Shown: piece after piece, positions 14,144 through 28,144 of the stretch
How positions within the stretch are numbered: position 1 is the first letter of the stretch
Layout: every line of letters begins with the position of its first letter
Assembly: GCF_001194135.2 (NCBI RefSeq)
Contig: NC_068985.1
Coordinates: 54,909,458-54,973,457 of the forward strand
Length of the DNA stretch: 64,000 bases
Source of the DNA: Octopus bimaculoides
Lineage: Eukaryota
Direction: 5' to 3'
The notes under the pieces: model-generated
What the model was told of the DNA's origin: nothing
What the model saw: only the letters and a program-made list of their open reading frames with translations
Database searches by the model: none
Position numbers and translations under genes: made by a program

Positions 14144-14579
14144 ATACAGTCATGATTGTAATTTTTGTGAAATCTGTCAGCCTGTAACGTTCTGGTTTGG
14201 TTTGCAACCTTTCTCTCTTCCTCTCTATGTATATATGAATGTATGTACACACATACATTTCTCAACACTATCATTAAAGACATTAAGACCAAAATATGTA
14301 TCACCATTCTGTTTGTGTCTCTCTCATTAGATTTCTGCATATGTACATAGGTGTACACACACACACAGACATATATACAAATATGATAGTATTATGTCTG
14401 TGTGTGTGTATGTACAAATGTGCACATGCATGTGTGTGTATACATACACACAAATAAATACATACATACATATACTTACATGCACACTCACTCACACACA
14501 CACACAGCTATACATATATATTTCTCAATACAATCATTAAAAGCAGTTAGTTAACCTATTATAACACTGAGAATGTTTA

Positions 14580-14818
14580 CTTTTCAAATCTACCTGTCTG
14601 TTTATCTGTGTCTCTGTTTATCAGCCTATGTATCTACCTGCCTGTCTTTCTGCAATACGACGTACATATTTAAATACAGACCTACCTACCAGTCTATCTG
14701 CGTGTCTGGTCTATCCATCTCTCTAGTTACCTACCCATCTATCTGTCTTTCTATTTGTGTATCTGTCAGTCTATCTATGTATCTGTTTTGATCTGTATCT
14801 ATCTCTCTGTTTATCAAC

Positions 14819-14865
<47 letters not shown>

Positions 14866-15100
14866 CATCCATCCCAGCTTTTACCTTGATTTCTCTCACC
14901 CAGCACAACCATCAAACTGTTTCTCAGTTTGTCTATTTGTCTGCCAGATTCAGATAGGTATAGATCAACAGATCTACCCCTATCTCAGCCTGCCTGTCTA
15001 TCTGTCTGTCAATCGATGTATGTTTCTATTTGTCTGTCTGTCAGTCTCTCTTTCTGTGTGTCTATCCGTCTGTCACAGCTTTTATCTCATTCTCTCTCAC
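14580..15100. repeat. Degenerate (TCTA/TCTG)n and (TC)n low-complexity tract
   Basis: Repeating ctatct/ctgtct motifs; this tract is the source of spurious SVCLS-rich ORFs. Confidence 0.85.
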
Positions 15101-16136
15101 CCATTACATTAACAACTTAGACTCCAGGCACTATCTGTCCACCTCAGTTTCTTCTAGTCCACCATTTCAGAAAAAACAGCTGAATGATTACCAATTTTTA
15201 AGAAACTCATTTTATGAACGAACAATTTGTCATGTATAAAGAATGTGTAATTTCATAGGACAATCTGCAACACAGCTGCAACATATGAGGAAATATACAC
15301 TATATCAAGTACACAGGTAATGACTTTGGGAAGCAGATGCTGAGAGACACCATGAACTTCAACAAAATAGAAACTATAGCATCATAAGTGCTTTGACATA
15401 GAACTGCAAGAAAACAATTGTTACCATGTTCTAATATGAGAGGCTGCAAAATATTGCTTATTCTGGGCACAAAACAACGGGACATGTAGTAGTAGTAGTA
15501 GGTTGTATTTAAATAATGATGGTATGTTGTAATTAATAATGATGAATTTTAATTAGTAATGGTATATGATAATTAAGTAATTAATTGATTGCAATTTTAG
15601 TTCCATGATTATATTGGTAAAGAAAAGAAAGGTAATGCTAAATTATCTTAGAAATGTAATAACCAGTTTCTTAAGACGCCTAACAAACCTAGGTTAACAT
15701 TTAAGAATTCATATCTGATTAACCTACTATAATTAAGCTGCTTAAATTAAACACAAAGTTCCTGTATTTTACATGCGTTGTGTCTGGGGAGTTAGGCAGT
15801 TCCCTAATTATAATTGAAGGTGTATTGATGTTGACTGAAAATTGACACTGAATTCTCTGTTGAACTTGCCAGGGACCTCTCTCACTTCACATTGTTAGAA
15901 AGGTGACAATGAGCAGTGATTGAGTAGGGTTGAAAAGAAGTCTTTAGTTCGGCAGAGTTGAGAGAAGTTTTTAATCTTGTTGAGGGCAAAGAAACCTATT
16001 TAGTGCTGGTGCTACAAGGAAAGGTATCCAACCAAAGAAATCAAGCCAAAACTGAGACATCAAGGGTTGTCAAACCATCCAGCCCACCCATGCCAGTATG
16101 AATAGATGTAAAATGATGATGATGATGATGATGATA

Positions 16137-16348
16137 TCTTTATTGCCCACAAGGGGACAAACAAGGACAGACAAAGGGAGTAAGTTGATTACATCAACCC
16201 CAGTGCGTAACTGGTATTTAATTAATTGACCCTGAAAGGATGAAAGGCAAAGTCGACCTTGGTAGAATTTGAACTCAGAACGTAACGGCAGACGAAATAC
16301 CGATAAGCATTTCGCCCGGCGTGCTAACGTTTCTGCCAGCTGACGGCC
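16137..16348 (-). mobile_element. SINE family B, single CpG-rich copy
   Basis: Minus-strand head tggcagaaacgttagcacgccgggcgaaatgc..gagttcaaattc carries A- and B-box-like motifs. Confidence 0.85.
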
Positions 16349-17677
16349 TAATGATGATGATATCTATAGGGTAAAGAGTACAGCCTCCCCCACCCTTCGG
16401 TCATGAATGACCATGAGATTGCACCTAGAAAGTTCCCCTCTGAGGTACAAGTCTGGACAAGGTTGTTTGTGGAAGACCAGCAGTCACCCATGCGTACCAC
16501 CCTCCCCACTCCATACCATTGATGTAATCCAAGGGAAAGGCAAAGACTGATACAACTTGGCACCATGACATCACAACTCATTTCTACAGCTGAGTGAACT
16601 GGAGCAACATGAAATAAAGTGTTTTGCTCAAGAACACAACGCACAGCTTGGTCTGGGAATTGAACTCACTAAGTCATGATTGTGAGCCCAATGTTCTAAC
16701 CATTGAGCCATGCTACCTTCACTGATATCTATAGACTATGGTTAATAAGTCTATAGACTGTGGTTGATAATGTAATGTTGGGGTACACGTAGAATGTCAT
16801 TGACTGTAGGGGCATAAACATTATAATGTGCATGATAAAGTGATTAACCCATTGTATTGTATTAAGGTGTGAACCAGGGGAAGTGTGCTCAATTCCTAGT
16901 GGGTCACCATCTCTCACATTCTTAATCCTTATTCCACATTTAGAGACATTTGTTATTTGAAAATATGAAACACATTTAACATTAATTAGAAACAATGCAG
17001 TGAACCAGTTTATTGCCTTGTTAGAAATCTAGAGCCAACAGTATTGTTCACAAACATAGGATAAGGAGAAAAAGAAAACTAAAAAAAAAAGCTAATAAAC
17101 ACCATCTTTACTCTCCATCATCATCACCACTGCAACCATCAACATTACCACCACATCACCAACAGTACACCACCACCACCATCACCACCACCTTTATGAC
17201 AACTCCTGCAAAGAAGGAAGCTCCTATGTGATCACTCTACTAACTAGAAATAACCAAAACTCCACCAATATCTTAAAAACAAAAGGTGGAGTGGTCCCAG
17301 ACGGAACAGATTTTGATCATAGGTCTGGTAGACTAGGACTGTTCTATTTATTTATGCTCTTTGAATCATGTATGGATGTGTAAAATATGTGTGTCAGTGT
17401 TAAAACATAGGTCTAGTTGACACAACACTACAACATCCAGCTGTGACACTACACATACACACACATGTATGTGTGTATGTATATATATATATATTATATG
17501 TGTATAATATGTGTGTGTGTGATCATCATAATCGTCATTTAATGTCCGCTTTCCATGCTGGCATGGGTTGGACGGTTTGACTGAGGACTGGCAAGCCGAA
17601 TGGCTGCAGCAGGCTCCAATCTGATTTGGCAAGATTACTACAGCTGGATGCCCTTCCTAATGCTAACCACTCTGAGG

Positions 17678-18430
17678 GTGCATTTTATAGATGCTGGCTG
17701 CATGAGCATTGAATCTATCATCATATCCTCTCAAATGCATTGGTTAGGCCATGTTGTGCGCATGAATGAGGAAAGACTCCTGAATCAACTATTCTACAGT
17801 CAATTGCACACTGGGAAATGTCCTCACCACAAACCAAGAAAAAGATATAAAGATTGCATAAAAAACAACCGTAAAGATCTTCAGTTTGAAGATCAGGACT
17901 GGGAAGTGCTTCCTTTAAAGAGGGGTAAATGGAGAAGATATGTGAAGAATGGCTGTAGAATGTTTGAAGAGAGACGTCTTGATCAGGAAAAACTTAAACA
18001 CCAGCTTCGAAAAGGCCACAGTATGAACATCAATAAGAACATAGTGAGCTGGATTTGTGATGTGTGTGGTCGTTTACTGCTCTCTAAATTTGAGTGCATC
18101 ACTCATTTAAAATCACATAAAAAGCCAACTGTATGCAGCTCTGTCCCTCCAATGCTAGGCAAGACAACATGTGTGGTGTTCAAAAAGATCTACAAATCAA
18201 TACCTGAAGGCATATGAGGGTACATAAGGGTGACATCCCACAAGTTGACCCAATAAAACCAATAGAGGGCACATCTTTTGGCTGTCACGTTTGCTGCAGA
18301 CTGTGCAAATCTAATGTTGGACTTAAAAGCCACCTAAGAGGTCATGGATAGATGTTTGGAGCTGATGATGGTTGATGGGGGTACATAGGCAGATGGCAAT
18401 CATCTGCAAAGATGAAGCAATCACCATGTA
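17678..18430 (+). mobile_element. RTE/BovB-like LINE 3' end with three C2H2 zinc fingers
   Basis: SQMHWLGHVVRMNEERLLNQLFYSQL..KPRKRYKDCIK..KRGKWRRYV, then C2H2 motifs at 18056-18118, 18170-18225 (frameshifted) and 18283-18345. Stop at 18349-18351 and an (ATGT)n tail. Confidence 0.85.
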
Positions 18431-19738
18431 TGTATGTATGTGTGTCTTGTGTCTGTGTTTGTCCTCCACCACCACTTGACACCTGGTGTAGGTGTATTTA
18501 CATTCCTGTAATTTAGTGGCTCAGCAAAAGAGAATGACAGAATAAGTACTAGGCTTAAAAAATAAATCCTGGGGTTGATTTGTTTGACTAAAACCCCTCA
18601 AGGTGGTACCTCAGTATGGTTGCAGTCAAATGAGTGAAACAAGTAAAAGCTACAAGTGACTGAAATAACTAAAAGATACATATTCCATACACCTTTTATC
18701 AAGACTGGCACCTATAAAATCGCATAAAATAAATGTATTTCTCAAATGGAAATTATTACATATATAATACATATATATATTTCATTTTTATCATTAGGCA
18801 AGAATATAAACTATGAGAGTTACGAGTTTTTATATGCAACTGGTATTGCTACAATTTAAAAAGTGTTGCACAAAGAAATATTATATTTATGAAATATTTA
18901 TTCCTATCACTAATATCATTAGAGCTCCCATCTGAATTTAATTGTTAATGTTTGATTTTTCAAAATAGAGGGTTGTTATCTGCATAAATTTTACACAGAG
19001 AAATCGTATTTCACTTTTCTCAAATTTTTTTCATAGCAGACTCCACTATAGTTTTGAAATTGTAGCAGTGCCTGCATGCATAAAAACTACTACCACTCGC
19101 ATACTGTTCAGTATATTATTTGCCAATGAAGGCAATGTGTATATATTTATGCATTCATTCATTTGTTCATTTAGTGGCCATTTTTCTATGAACAAATCAG
19201 TTGGACAGGCAGTTAATTTGAGGCAGAATTTTTACAGCTGGATGATTTTCCAGTTGCCAACCCATACCTGTTTTCTAATAAAGGTTACTGGTAGATCTTG
19301 AATAGCACAGTGCAACTGGTCATAATGTCAACAAGCTTGTTAACATCACCATCGTTTTGTTCAAGTAGTGACAAGCATGGAATATTAACATTTACATACA
19401 TGTGTAAATACACACAGACATATAGACATACACACACTCACACGAGGCTTCCTACAGTTTCCTTCTACCAAATTCCTCCACAAGGAATTGGCTGACCCAG
19501 TGTTACAGTGGAAGACAGTTAACCAAGGTACTATACAGTAGGACCAAAACTGAAACTATATGATTCCAAGATGTACTTCTTAACCACACAGCCATGTATG
19601 TTGTCTATAATTTCATATATACATCTCAACATGAAACATGTCCAGAGAAAGAGTGTATAAAATATGTATGTTAATTTTAATGCATGTATCCATTGTGTTA
19701 TTTTCCATGTCATGCAACTTAAGCCATGTGTTTGTGTT

Positions 19739-19799
<61 letters not shown>

Positions 19800-19962
19800 T
19801 CTGCCAAATTAGATTGGAGCCTGGTGTTGCCATCCGATTTCACCAGTCCTCAGTCAAATCGTCCAACCCATGCTAGCATGGAAAGCGGACGTTAAACGGT
19901 GATGATGATGATGATGATATATATATATATATATATAAACAATTGCAGCATGGAAGATGTTT

Positions 19963-20104
19963 ATAAGCTATTTAAGAACACATAAAAAAACCGTTAGATT
20001 CACTTCAGCATTTAAATTTAATTTGTGTCAAAATATTTTTGTTGCTTTGAAACCATGACCTGTTCACCGACAAAACTTCATGCTGCATGAAGTTTTGTCA
20101 GTGA
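19963..20104. mobile_element. Truncated fold-back element ending in a 20-bp hairpin
   Basis: TCACCGACAAAACTTCATGC-T-GCATGAAGTTTTGTCAGTGA (19 of 20 paired) at 20064-20104. Upstream motif atttaagaacac..ccgttagattcactt resembles the arm of 33516-33720. Confidence 0.6.
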
Positions 20105-20193
20105 CCTATTAATATAAATATCTATATATTTATACATAACAATTCATCACCCGAGAGTTTCCACCTTCCTCTCATTTTGCATGTATACATATA

Positions 20194-21457
20194 TTTCAGG
20201 CTGAGTAAAAAGTAAGCAACGTTTTGAAACATGAAATTCAGCACAATATATTTCAACAACATGGAAATTTTATTAATCAAAGTAAGTACTGTTACAATCA
20301 ACACATTTTTGCCAACAAGTTACAAGTTTGTTTATTCTGGTAACATAAAAATCTGGAGTTCTGGAACTGATGAACTCTTTAAACACACTTTCAGCATCGG
20401 TTTGATTTTTGAACTCCTTCTCTCACAGGAAACCATCAAGGTGTTTGAAAAAATGGTAGTCAGTAGGAGAAAGGTCTGGGGAATAAGCTGGGTGGGGAAG
20501 AACTTCTTAGACAAGTTTCCTCAACTTCTGGAGTGTCATTAGTGAAATGTGGTGGAGCATTGTCATGAAGAATGATTGGCTCTCTTCTGTTGACCAGTCT
20601 GGGATGGAGGAGTAGCAGTTTTTCATTCATTTTGGAAATTTCATGGCAATATGTTTCTGCAGTAATGGTTTTCCCAGGTTTTAAGAAGTTATAGTGGATA
20701 AGTCCTGCAGTACACCACCAAGCAGTCACCATAATTTTCTTTTTGAAGAGCTTGGGTTTAGGGAAGGTTTTCAGTGCTTCATTTTGGTCCAACTACTGCA
20801 AAGAATGTTTTTTATTGCAATCCACTTTTCATTGCAGGTTACAATACGGTTGAGAAATGGATCAGTCTGGTTATGGAGAAGTGATGAGCAAATTTCATAT
20901 CTGCATTTTCTGAGTTTTATTCAAATCGTGTGGTACCTAATTGTCGAGTTTTGATTTTCTGATCGCATGCAAATGGTTGGTTTTCCGGCTAACTCAAAGT
21001 TCTTTTGCCAGTTCTCAAGTGGTTTTATGTGGACCTTTCTCAATGATGGTCTTTAATTGACTGTCATCGATGACAGATGGGCGTCCACTATGCTCATGAT
21101 CTTCAAGGCTCAGGTCTCCACTGTGGAGCCATTTAAACCATTTTCAAGTTGACCACTCACTGGTCATTTCCTCACCAAATGTTTTCTTGATATCGTGAGC
21201 AGTTTCAGCTGCTTTACATCCGTGTTTGAAGTTGAATAGCAAAATTGCTCGAATAGTGTGCTTTGACAGTTCCATTTCAGATGATTGTAACAATGGTGAA
21301 AAAACATCTATGTTAATTTATTGACACATTTGGGCAAGTCTATGTCTGTATTATCAGATAATTGCAAAAAAATGTTTAACAAAAATTAAAAACTGCAAAA
21401 ATACAGTACAAATTCTTCATGGTTCAAAAAGTTGCTTGCGTTTTACTCAACCTGATA
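20194..21457 (-). mobile_element. Full-length decayed mariner transposon (D34D)
   Basis: Imperfect ~40-bp TIRs (tcaggctgagtaaaaagtaagcaacgttttgaaacatgaa vs reverse complement tcaggttgagtaaaacgcaagcaactttttgaaccatgaa), right TA flank. Motifs VPHDL, IVTCNEKWI, LHDNAPPH and HPAYSPDLSPTDYHFF, with 34 residues between the last two Asp after a one-base frame repair. Contains frameshifts and stops. Confidence 0.92.
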
Positions 21458-21746
21458 CATATTTTGCATTTAACATATCTGATTTGTTTAACTGCATAAT
21501 TGTCTTACACACACACAAATGTATATGTTCATTTATTCACTTTATGTCTATTATTCCATGTCAGCATGGCTTATATATGGCATTGTTTTATAGCCAAATA
21601 CCCTAACCCTAACCTGCTTTCCAAAATAAGAAATCACCTATTTCACATTGCTTTGAAGGCATGAAGCAAGCAGGTAATTTGTTGACAGGAGAAATGACAA
21701 CGTAGCTTAGAAGTTTCATAGAGTACAGAGGTAAACAAACACCCTA

Positions 21747-21795
<49 letters not shown>

Positions 21796-22192
21796 AGTGT
21801 GTGTGTGTGTAACAAAATCAGAACAAATATGGCTAGCATGAATCATAAAAACTAATTAACAAAATCCAACAACTTTACACACAAAAGCATTAGAAGCCTG
21901 ACACTGAAATATAGAGAACATAAAACACAAACAGATCACAACAAAAACACAAGAAAGTAAGTACAACAAATGTAGACAACCCATCATCAACAGCCAATCA
22001 GAAATCCTTATAGTTTCAACAACTAAACAGTACCGTTCAATCTGCTAGGCTTCTTTCAGTTTCTGTCTGCCTAATTCACTCACAATATTTCAGTTGGTTT
22101 AGACCTTAGCCAGCCAGAAGACATTCATCCAAGGTGCCATGCAGTAGGACAAAACTATGTCACTGAGAAGAGAATCTCATCACCGCAAACAT

Positions 22193-22243
<51 letters not shown>

Positions 22244-23089
22244 CACAACAAAATACGAACTCACACATATACATACAGAGTCTGCCAAAAAATTGTATAC
22301 ACACTTCAGGAAAGGAAAATTCTGTATAAATATTTAACTAGTATAAACATTTCTATAAATATAGCTGCCTCTTTCAATGTTTTATCAAATTGCCATAGCA
22401 CTGAATAAACTGCAATAACACTGAATTAAAATATTTATATAGATTCTTTCNNNNNNNNNNNNNNNNNNNNNNNNNNNNNNNNNNNNNNNNNNNNNNNNNN
22501 NNNNNNNNNNNNNNNNNNNNNNNNNNNNNNNNNNNNNNNNNNNNNNNNNNNNNNNNNNNNNNNNNNNNNNNNNNNNNNNNNNNNNNNNNNNNNNNNNNNN
22601 NNNNNNNNNNNNNNNNNNNNNNNNNNNNNNNNNNNNNNNNNNNNNNNNNNNNNNNNNNNNNNNNNNNNNNNNNNNNNNNNNNNNNNNNNNNNNNNNNNNN
22701 NNNNNNNNNNNNNNNNNNNNNNNNNNNNNNNNNNNNNNNNNNNNNNNNNNNNNNNNNNNNNNNNNNNNNNNNNNNNNNNNNNNNNNNNNNNNNNNNNNNN
22801 NNNNNNNNNNNNNNNNNNNNNNNNNNNNNNNNNNNNNNNNNNNNNNNNNNNNNNNNNNNNNNNNNNNNNNNNNNNNNNNNNNNNNNNNNNNNNNNNNNNN
22901 NNNNNNNNNNNNNNNNNNNNNNNNNNNNNNNNNNNNNNNNNNNNNNNNNNNNNNNNNNNNNNNNNNNNNNNNNNNNNNNNNNNNNNNNNNNNNNNNNNNN
23001 NNNNNNNNNNNNNNNNNNNNNNNNNNNNNNNNNNNNNNNNNNNNNNNNNNNNNNNNNNNNNNNNNNNNNNNNNNNNNNNNNNNATATAT

Positions 23090-23440
23090 ACTCTTTTACT
23101 TGTTTCAGTCATTTGACTGCGGCCATGTTGGAGCATCGCCTTTAGTCGAGCAAATCGACCCCAGGACTTATTCCTTGGAAGCCTAGTACTTATTCTATCG
23201 GTCTCTTTTGCCGAACCGCTAAGTTACGGGGACGTAAACACACCATCACCGGTTGTCAAGCGATGTTGGGGGGACAGACACAGACACACAAACATATACA
23301 CATACATACATACATACATACAAGGCTTTGGTCGGCCAGAAGCTATAGTAGAAGACACTTGCCTAAGGTGCCACGCAGTGGGACTGAACCCTAAACCATG
23401 TGGTTGGTAAGCAAGCTACTTACCACACAACCACTCCTAA
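23090..23440 (-). mobile_element. SINE family A, young-looking full-length copy
   Basis: Retains many CpGs (tttagtcgagcaaatcgacccc, gccgaaccgctaagttacggggacg); very similar to the copy at 58995-59405. Confidence 0.9.
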
Positions 23441-24418
23441 AATATCACAGACAAAAAAACTGGGCATAAGAGGAAACAGATGTAGCATGCAAGAGAGAAG
23501 ATGGTGCTGATACAGAAGTGTGATTTGTATGGAGAATGGCAGTTGGGAGGATTAGTAAATGAAAGGAACGTATGGAAGAGAAAGACTGAGGGAGATAATG
23601 GAAGAAATGGTGAAAACTGATCTCAAGAGGTGGAACCTCACAAAGAAGATAATGAACGACTGCAACAAATGGTAAAGTATTATCTCTTTGTCTTCAATGC
23701 AAGTATGGAAAAGCGGACCTTTAATGATAATGAAGACAATGAGAGCAGCATATTTGATTGTTATTGATTCTGTTTTCCTTTTTGAAAATTCTATATTGAA
23801 AGCCTGTTGGTTGCTTGAAAATAAAGAAAAAAAAAATATATGATAAAGTAGCTTTTAAAGCTGATTTTGGCAAAATCATTGACATGCACTGTGATAATTT
23901 TTTTTTTGTCTTCTGAGTTCAAATCCCACTGAAGTCAACTCTGTTTTCATTCTTCTGGTATTGATAAATAAAGTATCCAGTCGAACATTGGGATCAATTT
24001 CTCTCTCTCTCTCTTTTAGAATTAGCAGAGGTGCAATGTAAGGGGGTTGTTGATGACCACTCACAAGACACTCTTTTGTCCAAGAAACAGAAGAACATTG
24101 AACTAGGAGGCTATATACCTCTTCTAATCTACTCATCATCATCGTTTGCAATATCAGCTTTTCCATGCTTGCATGGATTGGATGGGATTTGTTGAGACAC
24201 GACTTTCTTCAGTCAGATGACTTCCTATCACCAGCCCTAGTATACTACAAAATTTGGCCAAAGAAACTGCGAAACAGACAGATGGTGAGCACAGACAGAT
24301 GGTCTGCAGTATGACATGGAATGATTAAAAAATTCTAGTAAAGCTTGGTATTGATTATGAAAGAATGTTAAAAAAATATATGGTCTTCTTTACAGTTACA
24401 AAGTTCAAATAGTAATTA

Positions 24419-24553
<135 letters not shown>

Positions 24554-26160
24554 TTATATACAAAATTCTAAAGATGTTATGAAAAATGAGTTTTGTTAAT
24601 TAGAGAATAGCATGAGGTACACCCCTTTTCAAAGGATGAACCAAATCATAATTTCTTTAATTTTCTTCTACACACACTCATATATATACACACACAAACA
24701 CACACTCTTAGAATACACACCTATCCACACATCTTCACATTTGTAACCAAAAAAAAAGTTGATTTTGTTCCACTACTTATGGAGAGGGCCATTTGCCCTT
24801 GTGTGTATGCTGTATGGAGGTGTTTATGTATATTTGTGTCTGGATTGCAGGAATTTAACATGGAATAATCTTGTGAGGAAAACTGAATGCTGAGTTATGA
24901 AAATCTGATAATTATAAGGAGAATGGAAAAAATGCAAACCAATTATTGTTACTGTTATTGTTTTATGTCATGAAGTTTTCAAACATAAATATACATGGAG
25001 CAGACATTATTGTAATATATGGGTCAGACAAAGAATGAAGATATTTCAGAGCTGCAATTTTCCATCTGTTTTGAAGACTATAATTCATGTTGAATGTACT
25101 TAACCAAAGCAAGGAGTAGGGAATTATCTGAAATTTCACGTATAATAAGAACAAAAGTCATTAGTGTTAATGACAATGCCGCTCGTCAATATAGGCAAGG
25201 GATAAAACAGTGAAATTTAAACTGATAAAAATATTAAACAACAACACATAGTACTGATTGAATCTTAATACCTGATAAGTAAGGGGTGACAATTTCAAAT
25301 ATGTTTCAGTCCTATTAGACATCCACAGCAATGTTCAGTTGGACACATACCTACTATATGAAAAGGCATGAGCTTAACTATACTTTCTTCATCTACAAGG
25401 AGATCCTGGGCAACAATTTAATGTAATTATTACAAATCTAATTTTAGCAAGTAACACCCTTCCTGATCTTTTGTCCTTACACTCTTTTCAATTCACCTTT
25501 TTGTACTTTGAGAGTTGGTGCTGACATCTTATCATCAATATTGTATCTCATATAACACCATATGGCAAACCTGTTCCTGTCCCTTCTAGCACACTTTAAA
25601 TTCTCAACACCTTGCATAATGTCACCTCCCTTCCTACTATACTCCTGTCTCAGTTGAGGAAGCTTTATTATTTCCCCGAGTTACATGGTAACTCGACCAT
25701 GGAAAAAATGCACCTAGTACACTCAGCATTAGGAAGGGCATACAGCTGTAGAGACTATCAGGCACTGGTCTGGAGCAACACAGAGTTCTCTGACCAGTTC
25801 AATGCTATTGAACTGTCTAACCTATACCAGCAGTGAAGGCAGACATGAAATGATGATGACTATAACAAATAATGATGATAAACAACAATAGCAACGATGA
25901 CATGATGATGTTTATGGCTAACCTTGTAAATAAAACTATTTGTGATATATCACTGGCAGACCATTTTTGTTTGTCTTTCTTGATAATCATCACAATTATC
26001 ATACATGTTAATTATTGCTGTTATTATAAATTAAAAGATTCATCATGGTAATAGATGTGGGGAGTGAACCAGTTTATCAGTCCAGGAATAACAATATGGC
26101 ATAAGTAAACTGATAGAGCCAACTTTTGGTAACATCAAAACAAGAGACAAGGTCAATAGC

Positions 26161-26461
26161 AAGAGTAGAGTAGCTTCAATCCACACTATATAACGTTGGA
26201 GTAGGTCAGCAATACTCCACACTATGGAGAAGTGGAGTCGTATATCTATACTTCATATAATATAATGTTAGAGTACAATAACTACGCTCTGCACTATACA
26301 ATGTTGGAGTAGAATATCTATGTTCCTATATAGCAAATGAGTAGAATATAATGCTGAACACTGTATAATGCTGAAGTAGAGTAGTCATTGTCTGTATTAT
26401 ATAATGTTGGACTAGAGTAGCTATACTCTATAGGAATTGAGAGTAGCTAGCTATACTCTAG
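26161..26461. repeat. Diverged ~36-38-bp minisatellite
   Basis: Recurring agtagagtagctatactc..cactatataatgttgg, about 8 degenerate units. Confidence 0.75.
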
Positions 26462-26879
26462 GTCAGAAGTTGGCCTCTATAAACCAGATGTCAGTATAAA
26501 TATTTCCAGATTAAAACATATTTATCTGGTGTCAAATTGAGATGATAACAAGTATAAGATATCAAAGTTGAAGCGAAATGTCAATTCTGAAGATAAACAT
26601 ATTTCTGATGATTTCAGATGTTAGTAATTGATATGACCACCACTCCTCATCCCCTTTCACTCTGCATGGGTCAAGGCAGACTACCATGAAATGTTATGAA
26701 GTAAAAATGGAATGAGAGTTAAGATGAAATCTAGGAAAATTGGGATTTTAAAACTGATCTTGTAGGTTATGGAAGCAGATGGAAGAAAAGCAATTTTTGT
26801 TTGTATAAATATGCAAATATTTATTCATGTTTACTTCTTAACGTCATCCTCTTTATCATTATTTATTATTGGCATAAGT

Positions 26880-27310
26880 GGAGACATTGCTGTGTGGTTA
26901 AATAGTTTACTTCCAACTACATGGTTTTGGGTTCAGTCTCACTGTGTGGCACCTCAGGCAAGTGGCTTCCACTACAGCCCTGGGCCAACTAAAGCTTTGT
27001 TAGTGGATTTGATAGATGGAACCTGAAAGTTCATCATGTGTGTGTGTCTGTCCATCTGCCCAAGACCTTGTCTTGACAGCACATGGTGGTTGTAAGTAAG
27101 TGTCACTGTCATACAAGCAGTGTTGTTTATTTCTTATTTCTAACCTTCTTTGAAAACATGTCTGGCCAGCTATGGGGAAATAACACCTTGCTTGGGTACA
27201 GGTGAGATTGGCAACAGGAAGGGTACCCAACCAAAGAAAATTTGACTCAACAAATTCCATCTCACCTGTACATCCATGGTAAAGTAGATGTTAAAATGAA
27301 GATAATGATG
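26880..27310 (+). mobile_element. SINE family A head with an alternative, LINE-like 3' half (variant A2)
   Basis: Family A head, then gtcttgac..aacatgtctggcc..accttgcttgg..caggaaggg..ccatgg..gttaaaatga(GAT)n. The same layout occurs at 35403-35825, and at 62955-63290 where the start of the head is missing. Confidence 0.8.
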
Positions 27311-27579
27311 ATTTATCACTGGTATGAGTTACATACCAGTAACAACACCTCAGACTTTTCTTCATTTAATCTTAATCCTGTATTATCTAAACTATAAGGT
27401 CTAGTGTGGCCAAATCTGAATGAACTACAACTTCCAAAGTTCTCCCATGTCTGTTTTAGAACTGACACAGTCACTGCTGTCATAATGGATTCCTCCACAA
27501 ATCCATCCACTGACATGTCACACTAGACACACAGCAGTGCCACTTCTTTTAGATTAGTCATGATGATAATTATTGTTTC

Positions 27580-28112
27580 TGATTTAAGCACAAGGCCACA
27601 GTTTTAAGAGCTGAGATTTAACAGATATCATTGACCTCATTACATGAATAGTATTTTATTTTATTGATATCGGAGGGATGAAAGGAAAAGTTGACCGTCG
27701 CAACATTTGAATTCACAGTGCAGAAAGCTAGAAATAAAACAACAACAATAGTAATAATGATGGCAGGTTGCTGTCTGCTCTCACAGAATTTACCAGAATA
27801 ACAAACAAGACTGAGTGTTCTGAGAAGTAAAACAACAATAATAATTTCATCTATTAAAGGAACAAGGCCTGAAATTTTGTGGTGAGGGGTCGTCTAGTCA
27901 ATTACATCAGCCCCAGTGAGCAACTGATACTAATTTCATTGACCCTGAAAGGTTGAAAGGCAAAGTCAACCTCAGCAGAATTCGAACTCAAAATGTAGGA
28001 CAGACGAAATGCCGCTAAGCATTTTGCCTGGCATGCTAACAATTCTGCCATGATGATGATAATGATGATGATAATAATAATAATAATAGCAATAATAATA
28101 ATGATAATAATA

Positions 28113-28144
<32 letters not shown>

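Noticed and set aside
15300-15485. LQNIA/LGT-like segment as an R4/Dong C-terminal remnant
   Set aside because: It needs frameshifts and rests on about eight residues; too weak without a search.
25265-25320. TAT CAG|GT as the end of the missing LYQ exon
   Set aside because: Upstream codons read KLSPLTYQ with no HPHII motif.
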